Assembly (NCBI GenBank): GCA_025929745.1
Contig: JAICPQ010000001.1
Span: 1 to 41,160, forward strand
DNA from: Burkholderiales bacterium
GTDB taxonomy: Bacteria > Pseudomonadota > Gammaproteobacteria > Burkholderiales > SG8-39
Length of the DNA: 41,160 nucleotides
Reading direction: 5' to 3'
Position numbers and translations under genes: made by a program
Notes under the pieces: generated by a model
What the model was told of the DNA's origin: nothing
Database searches by the model: none
The model's input: the letters and a program-made list of their open reading frames with translations, nothing else
Shown here: piece by piece, positions 1 through 15,261 of the stretch
How the letters are laid out: the number at the start of each line of letters is the position of its first letter
How positions within the stretch are numbered: the stretch's first letter is position 1

Positions 1-1
1 C

Positions 2-577
2 GAACGCATCGCTTCTCACTTCGAGGAGAGCGCGAAGCTCAAGGCGGCGTCGTCGCAGGTCCTCACCGAACCGCTCACGCGCGCCGCCGACCTCATGGTG
101 GAGAGCCTGCGCGCCGGCGGCAAAATTCTCTCGTGCGGCAACGGCGGCTCGGCCGCCGACGCCCAGCATTTCGCCGCCGAGCTTGTGAACCGCTTCGAGA
201 TGGAGCGTCCGCCGCTCGCGGCGGTCGCGCTCAGCACCGACACCTCGAGCCTTACCTCGATCGCCAACGACTACGCCTATCAGCAAGTGTTCTCGAAGCC
301 GCTGCGGGCGATCGGCCGGCGCGGCGATGCGCTTCTCGCCATCTCGACAAGCGGCAATTCGACCAACGTGCTCGACGCGGTGCATGCGGCGCACGAGGTC
401 GGCATCCGCGTGGTCGCGCTCACCGGAAACGGCGGCGGCAAGATGGGCGCGGCGCTCGGCGCCGGGGACGTCCATCTGTGCGTGCCGCACAAGAAGACCG
501 CCCGTATCCAAGAGGTCCACCTCCTATGCCTGCACTGCCTATGCGACGCTATCGATACGCTGCTCTTTTCGCGCTGA
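2..577 (+). CDS. SIS-domain phosphoheptose isomerase family protein (GmhA/DiaA-like), 5'-partial
   Basis: The frame is open to the window edge (ERIASHFEESAKLKAA... precedes the ORF-track Met at 95). Motifs SCGNGGSAADAQHFAAEL, NRFEMERPPL, AISTSGNS and [16 protein letters not shown] resemble both GmhA and DiaA. Confidence 0.85.
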   Translation, partial: ERIASHFEESAKLKAASSQVLTEPLTRAADLMVESLRAGGKILSCGNGGSAADAQHFAAELVNRFEMERPPLAAVALSTDTSSLTSIANDYAYQQVFSKPLRAIGRRGDALLAISTSGNSTNVLDAVHAAHEVGIRVVALTGNGGGKMGAALGAGDVHLCVPHKKTARIQEVHLLCLHCLCDAIDTLLFSR

Positions 578-1176
578 TCCCAGCACTTGCCCTGCAAGGC
601 TGCCCGGCCGTGATCGGCGCGGGCGGCTTCGTCGCCATGTCGAGCATGGACGATCGGCGCACCACCGGAACGCAGCTCGACGATAGCGCGATCGAATCGC
701 GCGCCAACAGCCGCATCGCCGAGCGCATCGGCGAGCGCGGTCGCATCCACGTAGCCGCGTTCAACCGCACGGTGCTCCTCACTGGCGAAGCGTGGGACGA
801 GGCGACGCGCGCCGAGGCCGAGCGCATCGCGCTCGAGGTGCCCAATGTGCGCAGCGTCACGAACGAAATCCGGCTTTCGAGCGCTTCTTCGCTCAGCGAG
901 CGCGCGGGCGACACGCAGCTCACCGCCGTCATCAAGGGCCGCTTGATGAATGCGGAGCGTCTGAACCCGGTGCACGTCAAGGTTATTACGGACGCCGGGG
1001 TCGTATACCTCCTCGGCCTCGTCACCGAGACCGAGGCGGAAACGGCGACCGAGCTCGCGCGTACCACGGGCGGTGTGCGCAAGGTGGTGAAGGTGTTCGA
1101 GTATTGCAAGGAGACCGACGAGCTGTGCCGCCGGCCGCAGCCGCCGGCCGAGAAGCCCAAGCCGCCGCGGGCGTGA
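541..1176 (+). CDS. BON-domain periplasmic lipoprotein (DolP/YraP-like)
   Basis: This is the inner part of ORF 133..1176. [21 protein letters not shown] is a lipoprotein signal with an LxGC lipobox. It has two BON-like segments. An alternative ATG lies at 526. It follows the SIS gene, as in the conserved diaA-yraP arrangement. Confidence 0.8.
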   Translation: MRRYRYAALFALIPALALQGCPAVIGAGGFVAMSSMDDRRTTGTQLDDSAIESRANSRIAERIGERGRIHVAAFNRTVLLTGEAWDEATRAEAERIALEVPNVRSVTNEIRLSSASSLSERAGDTQLTAVIKGRLMNAERLNPVHVKVITDAGVVYLLGLVTETEAETATELARTTGGVRKVVKVFEYCKETDELCRRPQPPAEKPKPPRA

Positions 1177-1655
1177 CGCCCCCTGCGTTCGAAGCCAAGA
1201 TCCGCGACCCTGCGGCACTGGAGAGCTGGATCGACGCCTTGGCGCGTCCGCTTGTCTTCACCAACGGCGTGTTCGACATACTGCACCGTGGGCACGTCAC
1301 TTATCTCGCGCGTGCCCGCGCGCTCGGCGCGTCGCTACTGGTTGCGCTGAACTCGGACGCTTCGGTACGGCGCCTGAACAAGGGCGCAGATCGTCCGCTG
1401 AATCGTCTCGCCGACCGCCTCGCACTCGTGGCCGCGCTCGAGTGCGTCGACGCTGTCACCTGGTTCGACGAGGACACGCCCGAAGCGCTGATCGCCGCTT
1501 GCCGCCCTCAGGTCCTCGCCAAGGGCGGCGACTGGCCGCCGGACCGGATCGTCGGCGCCGGCGGGGTGCTCGCGCGCGGCGGCCAAGTCGTATCCATTCC
1601 CTTCGAGCACGAGCGCTCGACCACGGCGCTGCTCACACGGATCAGGAAAGCCTGA
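1173..1655 (+). CDS. hldC: D-glycero-beta-D-manno-heptose 1-phosphate adenylyltransferase (RfaE domain II type)
   Basis: The GTG at 1173 overlaps the upstream stop (GTGA). The [18 protein letters not shown] nucleotidyltransferase motif is present. At about 160 aa it is a stand-alone cytidylyltransferase-fold protein. Confidence 0.85.
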   Translation: MTPPAFEAKIRDPAALESWIDALARPLVFTNGVFDILHRGHVTYLARARALGASLLVALNSDASVRRLNKGADRPLNRLADRLALVAALECVDAVTWFDEDTPEALIAACRPQVLAKGGDWPPDRIVGAGGVLARGGQVVSIPFEHERSTTALLTRIRKA

Positions 1656-2082
1656 GCTCGAAGCAGAGCGCGCCGGGCGTCGGTTTCTCGAGGTAAGGCG
1701 CGGTCGGCTGGAAGCCGAGCGCACGATAAAGCGCCTGCGCCTCGCGCATCTTCGGGAGCGTGTCCAGCACGATGCGCTTGCAGCCCGCGGCCCGCGCCGC
1801 GCCGACCGCAGTCTCGGCGAGCACGCGGCCGAGACCTTGACCGCGTTGCGCGGCGCGCACGTACAGCCGCTTCATCTCCGCCGTTTCTCCATCCAGAAAC
1901 CGTACCGCGACGCAGCCGGCGTCATCGGCCAGGAAAAGCTGATAGGGGCCGGGGAGAGAAGCGAGCTCGGCCTCGAAATCTGCGAAGCAGCAAGGCTCGT
2001 CCACGAGGCGAGCGTACTCGGCAAAGAGCTCGCGTACGCGCGCGAGCTGCGCGGCGGCGGTGGCTTGGACGGGGCGGCCCAT
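1642..2082 (-). CDS. GNAT family N-acetyltransferase
   Basis: 146 aa with the acetyl-CoA motif [10 protein letters not shown] strong GGAGGA Shine-Dalgarno sequence lies 8 nt upstream of the ATG on the minus strand. It overlaps the hldC end by 14 nt, convergently. Confidence 0.8.
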   Translation of the reverse strand: MGRPVQATAAAQLARVRELFAEYARLVDEPCCFADFEAELASLPGPYQLFLADDAGCVAVRFLDGETAEMKRLYVRAAQRGQGLGRVLAETAVGAARAAGCKRIVLDTLPKMREAQALYRALGFQPTAPYLEKPTPGALCFELRLS

Positions 2083-2095
2083 ATACTATTCCTCC

Positions 2096-2626
2096 ATGCG
2101 GCTGCACCAGCTGAAGGTCGATTATGACGCCGAGCAGGACCGGCTGTTGATGCTCGTGGCGACGAACGAATCCGTCGAGCTCAGGCTCTCGCTCACACGC
2201 CGCTTCGTGAAGCTGCTTTGGCCGCTGCTCGTCAAGCTTGCCGAGGAAGCCAGCCCTCGTATCCGTACGCAGGCCAACCCGGAAGCGCGCAAGGCGCTGC
2301 TCGGCATGGAGCATGAGCACGCCGTCTCGAAGGCTGACTTCTCCAAGCCCTACGACGCGGCGGGCAGCGAGCGCCCGCTCGGCGAGCTACCGCTGCTTCT
2401 TGCCCGCATTCAGACGGGGCATGACCGCAATGGTCAGCCCGTGGTCGCGCTACACCCGGCCGATGGCCAGGGTATTACGCTCACTTTCGACTCCGTCTTG
2501 CTGCATTCGCTGTGCCGGCTGCTGCAATCGGCGGTGAAGAAGAGCGACTGGGACATGGAGTTGAAGCTGCCCGGCACCGAACCGCAGGAGGGTGCCGCGG
2601 CCGAGCGGGTACGCACGCTGAACTGA
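2096..2626 (+). CDS. hypothetical protein (no family recognised)
   Basis: ORF 2060..2626 with a coding-like composition. I chose the ATG at 2096 because the GTG at 2060 would overlap the divergent GNAT gene. The ORF ends 7 nt before rhlE. Confidence 0.5.
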   Translation: MRLHQLKVDYDAEQDRLLMLVATNESVELRLSLTRRFVKLLWPLLVKLAEEASPRIRTQANPEARKALLGMEHEHAVSKADFSKPYDAAGSERPLGELPLLLARIQTGHDRNGQPVVALHPADGQGITLTFDSVLLHSLCRLLQSAVKKSDWDMELKLPGTEPQEGAAAERVRTLN

Positions 2627-2633
2627 CCTATAA

Positions 2634-4025
2634 TTGCAGGTTATTTCTTCGGCTTTTGAACAACTCGGCCTGATCCCGCCGCTCGTCGCGACGGTCGCGG
2701 AGCTCGGTTACAGTAAACCCACCCCGGTCCAGGAGCAGGCGATTCCGCTGGTCCTCTCCGGGCGCGATCTCATGGCCGGCGCCCAGACCGGCACGGGCAA
2801 GACCGCCGCGTTCGCGCTGCCGATCCTGCAGCGCCTCGTGCCGTTCGCCAGTCCATCGGCGTCGCCCGCGCGTCACCCGGTGCGCGCCCTCGTCCTCACG
2901 CCTACGCGCGAGCTCGCCGTTCAGGTCGCGGAGAGTTTCCGCGATTACGGCGCCAAGCTTCCGTTGCGTAGCACCGTGATCTATGGCGGTGTCGACATGA
3001 ACGCGCAGATCGATCAGCTGCGGAAGGGCGTCGAGGTCGTGGTGGCCACGCCCGGGCGTCTCCTCGACCACGTGCAGAACAAGACGGTGATGTTCAATCA
3101 GCTTTCGGTGCTGGTGCTCGACGAAGCCGACCGCATGCTCGACATGGGTTTTCTGCCGGACATCAAGCGCATCATCGCGCTCCTCCCGCGCGAGCGGCAG
3201 AACCTGCTGTTTTCCGCCACTTTCCCCGACGAGATCCGCACGCTCGCGAAGACCCTCTTGCGCAACCCGGCCGAGCTCCAGATCGCGGCGCGCAATGCGG
3301 TCGCCGACCTAGTGACGCACGTGATGCATCCGGTCGCGCGCGAGAAGAAGCGCGAGCTCCTTTCCTACCTGATTCAGACGCGCGGCCTGCGCCAGGTGCT
3401 CGTCTTCACCGGCACGCGCATCGGCGCGAACCGCCTCGCGCACCAGTTGCGCCGCGATCATATCCACGCCGATGCAATACACGGCGACAAGTCGCAGGCC
3501 GAGCGCGAGGCTGCGCTGGCCGACTTCAAGTCCGGCAAGACCACCGTGCTGGTGGCTACGGACGTGGCCTCGCGCGGCCTCGACATCGAAGGCTTGCCGC
3601 AGGTCATCAACTTCGACGTGCCGCATTCGCCCGAGGACTACGTGCACCGTATCGGACGAACCGGGCGCGCGGGGATGACCGGCGAAGCGATCTCGCTCGT
3701 CTCTCCGCAGGACCACGACGCCGTCGCGGCAATCGAGCGGCTTATCAAGAAGCGTATCGAGCGCGTGCTCATCCCGAACTTCGGTCCGAGCGGACCGAGC
3801 GTCGCGACGATGATGGGCGATCAGCCGTCGCACAAGGACCGGGAGCGACGGCGCTCGCCGTCATCGGGGCCGAAACGGCAGGTTGACCCGATCTTCTCGA
3901 AGCCTTACGAGCCCGCCGCCCCCACCGCAACCCCAATTCCTGCAGCAAATCAAGAAGCACCGCAAGCCAAGCGTAAACGGCCGCAACTCGCGGCACTCCT
4001 CGGCGGATTGAAAAAAGCTTCCTAG
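2634..4025 (+). CDS. rhlE: ATP-dependent DEAD-box RNA helicase (RhlE-like)
   Basis: Q motif GYSKPTPVQ, Walker A AQTGTGKT, VLDEADRM, SAT and HRIGRTGRAG, plus a basic C-terminal tail. The TTG at 2634 is the only canonical start upstream of the Q-motif region. Confidence 0.9.
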   Translation: MQVISSAFEQLGLIPPLVATVAELGYSKPTPVQEQAIPLVLSGRDLMAGAQTGTGKTAAFALPILQRLVPFASPSASPARHPVRALVLTPTRELAVQVAESFRDYGAKLPLRSTVIYGGVDMNAQIDQLRKGVEVVVATPGRLLDHVQNKTVMFNQLSVLVLDEADRMLDMGFLPDIKRIIALLPRERQNLLFSATFPDEIRTLAKTLLRNPAELQIAARNAVADLVTHVMHPVAREKKRELLSYLIQTRGLRQVLVFTGTRIGANRLAHQLRRDHIHADAIHGDKSQAEREAALADFKSGKTTVLVATDVASRGLDIEGLPQVINFDVPHSPEDYVHRIGRTGRAGMTGEAISLVSPQDHDAVAAIERLIKKRIERVLIPNFGPSGPSVATMMGDQPSHKDRERRRSPSSGPKRQVDPIFSKPYEPAAPTATPIPAANQEAPQAKRKRPQLAALLGGLKKAS

Positions 4026-4026
4026 G

Positions 4027-4764
4027 CTAGACGCAGCGCGCGCCGTCGACTTCGATGCACACGCCGCTGACGAGGCTCGCTTCGTCGGAGGCGAGGTAAA
4101 GGCACGCATTCGCGACGTCCAGCGGCGTCGAGAAGCGGCCAAGCGGAATGGTGGCGAGGAAGCGGGCTTTGGCCTCCTCGCTGACGCTGCCGCCCGCGAA
4201 GTCCGCGGAGAGCGCGGTCTCGGGGCTGAACACGGGATTCACGCAGTTCACGCGGATGCGGTCCTTGCCGAACTCGCCCGCCATCGACTTCGACATGGTG
4301 ATCACCGCGCCCTTGGAGCTGTTGTAGACCGTGAGGCCGGGACGCGGCCGGATGCCCGCGGTGGATGCGATGTTGACGAACGAGCCGCCGCCGCGCTTTT
4401 GGAATACCGGCACGGCATGGATGGCGGAGAGGTAGACGCTCTTCACGTTGACTGCGTAGACGCGGTCGAATTCGGCCTCGGTGACTTCCAGGTACGGCTT
4501 GTTGCGATGCGTCCAGCCGGCGTTGTTCACTACGATATCGAGCTTTGCGCCCGCCGCGCGGACGAGCTTCGCCCAGTCGTCGCTTTTCGTGACGTCGGCC
4601 TGGACGAACGTGCCGTTGGTCTCCTTTGCCACGCGCTCGCCCGCGCCCTGATTGATGTCGTTAACGATGACATGCGCGCCTTCCTCGGCGAAGCGCTTCG
4701 CGATGCCCGCGCCGAAGCCCGACCCGGCCCCGGTGACGATGGCCAACTTTCCCTTTAGGCGCAT
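4027..4764 (-). CDS. SDR family oxidoreductase
   Basis: TGAGSGFG, NNAG and YNSSK motifs. 245 aa. Confidence 0.85.
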   Translation of the reverse strand: MRLKGKLAIVTGAGSGFGAGIAKRFAEEGAHVIVNDINQGAGERVAKETNGTFVQADVTKSDDWAKLVRAAGAKLDIVVNNAGWTHRNKPYLEVTEAEFDRVYAVNVKSVYLSAIHAVPVFQKRGGGSFVNIASTAGIRPRPGLTVYNSSKGAVITMSKSMAGEFGKDRIRVNCVNPVFSPETALSADFAGGSVSEEAKARFLATIPLGRFSTPLDVANACLYLASDEASLVSGVCIEVDGARCV

Positions 4765-4767
4765 GGT

Positions 4768-5857
4768 TTATCTTCGAAAAGGACTATGTTCGCATAGCTC
4801 GTCGACGTAACGGGTAATCCCCGCGCCCTCGCGCTCCAAAAACTGCTCGACCGCGCGCGCGAACTTCGGGTGCGCGAGCCAATGCACGGAGGGCGCCTCG
4901 ACCGGAAGCAGGCCGCGCCAGAGCTTGTGCTCGCCCTGGGCACCGCCTTCGAACACCTGGAGGCGTTTGGCAATGGCGAACTCGATTGCCTGGTAGTAGC
5001 AGCACTCGAAGTGCAGGAGCGGCACGTGTTCCATCGCGCCCCAGTAGCGTCCGTAGAGCGCGTGCTCGTCGTGCAGGAAAAGGGAAGCGGCGATCGGGCG
5101 GCCGTCTCGCTCAGCGACCACCATGGCGACGTACTGCGGCATCGCGGCGCCAAGCCGCAAAAAGAAATCGAGGCTAAGGTAGGGGCTCGAACGATGCTCG
5201 GCGTAGGTCTTGCGATAGCAGCGGTTGAAAAACTCCCAATGCCGGCGTTCGATGGCGTGTGCCTCGTACCACCGGCAGCGCACGCCTGCCTCGGCTACGC
5301 GCCGGCGCTCCTGCCGGATTTTCTTGCGCCGCTCGCGCGTCATGCGCGCGAGGAAGTCTTCGAAATCGCTGTAGCCGGCGTTGTGCCAGTGAAACTGTAC
5401 CGCGCGCCGGATCAGCATGCCGCGTTTCACGAAATGCGCCAGCTCCTCCTCCGCCGGGAATAGCACATGCAGCGAGGAGCTGTTTTGCGCGAGTTCGAGC
5501 GCAGAATCGAGCAAAAGCTCTTTCTCGGCGCCAAGCAGGCGCGGTCCGCGAACGGGGGTAAAAGGTACGGCGCTGAGAAGCTTCGGGTAGTAATCGAGAC
5601 CGTGGCGCTCGTGCGCCTCCGCCCAAGCCCAGTCGAACACGTACTCGCCATACGAATGCGACTTCGCGAAAAGCGGCATCGCCCCGATCAGGGCGCCGGC
5701 GCGGCGGACAAGGAGGAATTGCGGCAGCCAGCCGGTCTGCGCCGAGGCGCAGCCCGTGTCGATGAGCGCGGAGAGAAACTCATGCCGCACGAAGGGCCGC
5801 GGGCCGGCGAGCGCGTTCCATTCCGCGGCGTCCACGCCGCGCAGCGAGTCGACTACG

Positions 5858-5871
<14 letters not shown>
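4768..5871 (-). CDS. FemAB-like/DUF482-type GNAT-fold protein
   Basis: This is the C-terminal 367 codons of ORF 4768..6111. The family-like stretch is FLSALIDTGCA..GWLPQFLL...PLFAKSHSYGEYVFDWAWA...YYPKLLSAVPFTPV. TTG 5871 is the only start near the conserved N-terminus, and it overlaps the upstream TPR gene stop by 14 nt. Confidence 0.7.
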
Positions 5872-8958
<3,087 letters not shown>

Positions 8959-9031
8959 CAAGGGCCAAACCCTGGCCGCGGTAAGCAAGGCGGCGCGCAA
9001 AGCGGCGCCCCTGCCGGCGAAGCTCGCCGGC

Positions 9032-11215
9032 GTGCTGCGCGAGGCAAAGTGGCTGCTGCTGATCGCGCTCGGGCTGTACCTCGTCCTCATCTTCGCCACC
9101 TATCAGCGCGCCGATCCGGGCTGGTCCCATAGCGCGACCGACGCGGTGGTGCGCAATGCCGGCGGTGCGTTCGGCGCCTGGCTTGCCGACCTCCTCCTGT
9201 ATGCCTTCGGCGTGTCAGCCTACTGGTCGGCGGCGCTCTGCGCCTACGTCGTGGTTTGGGGATTCCGCCGCATGGATTCGCTGCGGCTGGGCATTGCCTT
9301 GGGCGGCTTCGCGCTGCTTCTGCTTTCGAGCGCAGCGCTCGAGCGCCTGCGCTTCCATAGCCTCGCCGCCGAGCTGCCGTTCGCGCCGGGCGGCCTTCTC
9401 GGCGAAGTGCTGGCGGCCAACCTGTCGGCCGCCCTCGGCTTCACGGGAGCGACGCTGCTTCTCCTCACATTCGCTGCGATCGGCTTCAGCCTTTTTATCG
9501 GCGTGTCGTGGCTCGCGATGTTCGAGGGCATGGGCCTCTTGCTGGAGAAAACATACTTCGTCGCGCTCGGCGTCTGGGATCGGCGGACCGACCGCAAGCT
9601 CGGAACACTCGCGCGCGAAGAGCGCGAGGCGGTGGTCCAGATCGAAAAGCGCCGCGAGGAGGACCATGCGCCGCTGCGCATCGAGCCGGCGCTCGCCGAG
9701 ATCAAGAAATCCGAGCGCGCGCAGAAGGAGAAGCAGGCGCCGCTCTTCGAGAATCTGCCCGACACGCCGCTGCCGCCGCTCAAGCTCCTGGACGAAGCCT
9801 CGGGCGGCGGCGTGAGCATCGCGCCCGAGACGCTCGAATTCACCTCGCGCCTCATCGAGAAGAAGCTTTCGGATTTCGGCGTGGCGGTGAAGGTGCTCGC
9901 CGCGTACCCGGGCCCGGTCATTACACGCTACGAGGTCGAGCCGGCGGTCGGCGTGAAAGGCAGCCAAATCGTCAATCTGGTGAAGGATCTGGCGCGCGCT
10001 CTCTCCGTCGTGTCGATCCGCGTGGTGGAGACCATTCCGGGCAAGTCCTGCATGGGCCTGGAGATCCCGAACCCGCACCGCCAGACTGTCCGTCTTACCG
10101 AAATTCTCGGCTCCGAGGCCTATCACGGCATGCATTCGGCGCTCGCGCTGGCCCTCGGCAAGGACATCGCCGGCCATCCGATCGTCACCGACCTCGCGCG
10201 CATGCCGCACCTGCTGGTCGCCGGTACCACCGGCTCGGGCAAATCGGTCGCCCTAAACGCGATGATCCTCTCGCTCCTCTACAAGTCGGAGCCGCGCGCG
10301 GTGCGCCTTATCCTCATCGACCCGAAGATGCTCGAGCTTTCGGTCTATCAGGACATCCCGCACCTGCTCGCGCCGGTCGTCACCGACATGAAACAGGCGA
10401 CCAACGCGCTCAGCTGGTGCGTCGCGGAGATGGATCGCCGCTACAAGCTCATGAACTGGATCGGCGCGCGAAATCTCTCGGGCTTCAACCACAAGGTGGC
10501 CGATCGCAAGGTGGATGATCCGTTCTCCCCGGATCCGGAAAAGCCGCAGCAGCTTCAGCCGATGCCGCACATCGTCGTGGTGATCGACGAGCTCGCCGAT
10601 CTCATGATGGTCGTCGGCAAGAAAGTAGAGGAGCTCATCGCCCGGCTCGCCGGCAAGGCGCGCGCCGCCGGGATCCATCTCGTGCTCGCCACGCAGCGGC
10701 CCTCGGTGGATGTCATCACCGGGCTTATCAAGGCGAACATTCCGACGCGCATCGCCTTCCAGGTTTCCTCGAAGGTCGACTCGCGCACTATCCTCGACCA
10801 GTCCGGCGCCGAGGCGCTTCTCGGCGCCGGCGACATGCTGTATCTCCCGCCGGGCACCGGGTTGCCCCAACGCGTGCACGGCGCCTTCGTCGCCGATCAC
10901 GAGGTTCACAAGGTGGTCGACTACCTGAGGGCGCTCGCCAAGCCCGAGTACCTTTCGGAGGTCCTGCAGCCCGAAGAACCGGAGGAAATGACGCTCGACG
11001 GCGTGCCCGCGGGCGAGAAGGATCCGCTTTACGATCAGGCTGTGGAGATCGTGCTGCGCACACGGCGCCCTTCCATCTCGCTCGTGCAGCGGCACCTGCG
11101 CATTGGCTACAACCGCGCTGCGCGCCTGATCGAGGACATGGAGCGCGCCGGCATGGTGTCGCCCATGCAGTCAAACGGCAACCGCGAGGTCCTGGTTCCC
11201 GCCAAGGCGGATTAG
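9032..11215 (+). CDS. ftsK: DNA translocase FtsK
   Basis: N-terminal TM helices, Walker [19 protein letters not shown] and the gamma/winged-helix tail LYDQAVEIV...[15 protein letters not shown]. The start is GTG. Confidence 0.95.
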   Translation: MLREAKWLLLIALGLYLVLIFATYQRADPGWSHSATDAVVRNAGGAFGAWLADLLLYAFGVSAYWSAALCAYVVVWGFRRMDSLRLGIALGGFALLLLSSAALERLRFHSLAAELPFAPGGLLGEVLAANLSAALGFTGATLLLLTFAAIGFSLFIGVSWLAMFEGMGLLLEKTYFVALGVWDRRTDRKLGTLAREEREAVVQIEKRREEDHAPLRIEPALAEIKKSERAQKEKQAPLFENLPDTPLPPLKLLDEASGGGVSIAPETLEFTSRLIEKKLSDFGVAVKVLAAYPGPVITRYEVEPAVGVKGSQIVNLVKDLARALSVVSIRVVETIPGKSCMGLEIPNPHRQTVRLTEILGSEAYHGMHSALALALGKDIAGHPIVTDLARMPHLLVAGTTGSGKSVALNAMILSLLYKSEPRAVRLILIDPKMLELSVYQDIPHLLAPVVTDMKQATNALSWCVAEMDRRYKLMNWIGARNLSGFNHKVADRKVDDPFSPDPEKPQQLQPMPHIVVVIDELADLMMVVGKKVEELIARLAGKARAAGIHLVLATQRPSVDVITGLIKANIPTRIAFQVSSKVDSRTILDQSGAEALLGAGDMLYLPPGTGLPQRVHGAFVADHEVHKVVDYLRALAKPEYLSEVLQPEEPEEMTLDGVPAGEKDPLYDQAVEIVLRTRRPSISLVQRHLRIGYNRAARLIEDMERAGMVSPMQSNGNREVLVPAKAD

Positions 11216-11218
11216 GGT

Positions 11219-11826
11219 TTGAAGAAAATCCTCCTGGCAGCGTTGTTCGCCATTTCCGCATCGGTGGAAGCGGCGGCGATCGAGCGCTTCAAGTCGTTCG
11301 TGCGCGGCACACAGTCCGCGCGCGCCGACTTCGAGCAGAAAGTCTACGACCGCGGCGGCAAGCTCTCGCAGGAGGCGAAGGGCAGCTTCGTCTTTCAGCG
11401 CCCGGGCCTGTTCCGCTGGGTCTACGCCAAGCCGGTCGACCAGCTCATCGTCGGCGACGGCCAGCGCGTGTGGATTTACGACCGCGATCTCAACCAGGTG
11501 ACGGTGCGGAAACTCTCGAATGCGCTCGGCTCCACGCCGGCGGCGCTGCTCGCCGGGTCCGCCGACATCGAAAAGGCGTTCGAGCTCTCGGATGCCGGCG
11601 CGAAGGATGGCCTGGAGTGGCTCGAGGCAAGACCGCGCGAGCGCGAGGCCGGGTTCGAGCGGGTGCGCATGGGATTCGATGCCGAGAACCTGCGTGCGAT
11701 GGAACTTCTCGACCACTTCGGCCAGACCACGCGCCTTCAGTTTTCCAACCTGCGGCGTAACCCGAAGGTCGATAAGTCCGAGTTCCGCTTCGAGCCTCCA
11801 AAAGGCGCCGACGTCCTAGGGGAAAA

Positions 11827-11830
<4 letters not shown>
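11219..11830 (+). CDS. lolA: outer-membrane lipoprotein carrier protein LolA
   Basis: Signal peptide KKILLAALFAISASVEA and the family-like F.Q......G.....G.F...RPG.FRW stretch. It sits in the conserved position after ftsK. The start is TTG. Confidence 0.9.
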
Positions 11831-14363
<2,533 letters not shown>

Positions 14364-14387
14364 TAAAATCGCTTCTTGTTCGACCGC

Positions 14388-14479
<92 letters not shown>

Positions 14480-14486
14480 TTTCTAA

Positions 14487-15260
14487 GTGACCAAAGCACT
14501 CGCCATCGTCACCGGAGCTGGCTCAGGTATCGGGCGCGCCTGCGCCAGCGCGCTCGGTAAGCGCGGTTTCGCCGTCGCCGCGATTGACATCGACGAAGCG
14601 AGCGCGCGTGAAACCGCGCGCGACATTCCCGGTGCGCGCGCCTATCGCGCCGACGTGAGCGTGAGCGCGCAGGTCGACGCCGCGGTGAGCGCTGCGGTCG
14701 CGGACTTCGGGCCTGTCGAGGTCCTGGTGAACAACGCCGGGATCCTCGACGGCTACTTCAACGCCGAAGAGATGGACGAGGCGGTGTGGCGCAAGGTGAT
14801 CGATATCGATCTGACGGGCGTCTTTCTCGTCACGAAGCGCGTGCTGCACGAGATGCTGCCGCGCGGGCACGGCCGCATCATCAACATGGCGTCGGTCGCC
14901 GGACTGAACGGCACGGGCGGCGGCGCCGCCTACATCGCGGCGAAACACGGCGTGGTCGGCCTCACTCGCCAGATGGCGGTCGCCTATGGCGCGCGCGGTA
15001 TCACGGTCAACTGTGTGTGTCCCGGCGCGATCCCAACCGGGCTGCGGCCGCACTCGCAGGCGATTCTTGGACCCGGGGTACCGGACATGAGCGCTCGGGG
15101 CGTCGCCGTTAACGACGATCAGGTGCGCGCGCTGGTGCCGGCGGGCGTGCGCGGCAAGGTCGAGGATATCGCTGGCGCCGTGTGCTTCCTTGCCTCACCG
15201 GAGGCTTCGTACATCAACGGCCACAGCCTCGTGGTCGACGGCGGCTGGCGAGCGAAGTAG
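14487..15260 (+). CDS. SDR family oxidoreductase
   Basis: TGAGSGIG, NNAG and YIAAKHG motifs. The GTG start is only 9 nt after the tRNA CCA end. Confidence 0.85.
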   Translation: MTKALAIVTGAGSGIGRACASALGKRGFAVAAIDIDEASARETARDIPGARAYRADVSVSAQVDAAVSAAVADFGPVEVLVNNAGILDGYFNAEEMDEAVWRKVIDIDLTGVFLVTKRVLHEMLPRGHGRIINMASVAGLNGTGGGAAYIAAKHGVVGLTRQMAVAYGARGITVNCVCPGAIPTGLRPHSQAILGPGVPDMSARGVAVNDDQVRALVPAGVRGKVEDIAGAVCFLASPEASYINGHSLVVDGGWRAK

Positions 15261-15261
15261 G

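Noticed and set aside
133-1176. Long 5' extensions offered by the ORF track (133..1176, 792..1655, 6117..6815, 7314..8417, 13014..14363, 27879..29114, 30554..32062, 33585..34259)
   Set aside because: The upstream parts are out-of-frame read-through of the preceding gene with Arg-rich junk sequence. I trimmed the starts to the first start codon consistent with the conserved N-terminus, signal peptide or Shine-Dalgarno sequence.
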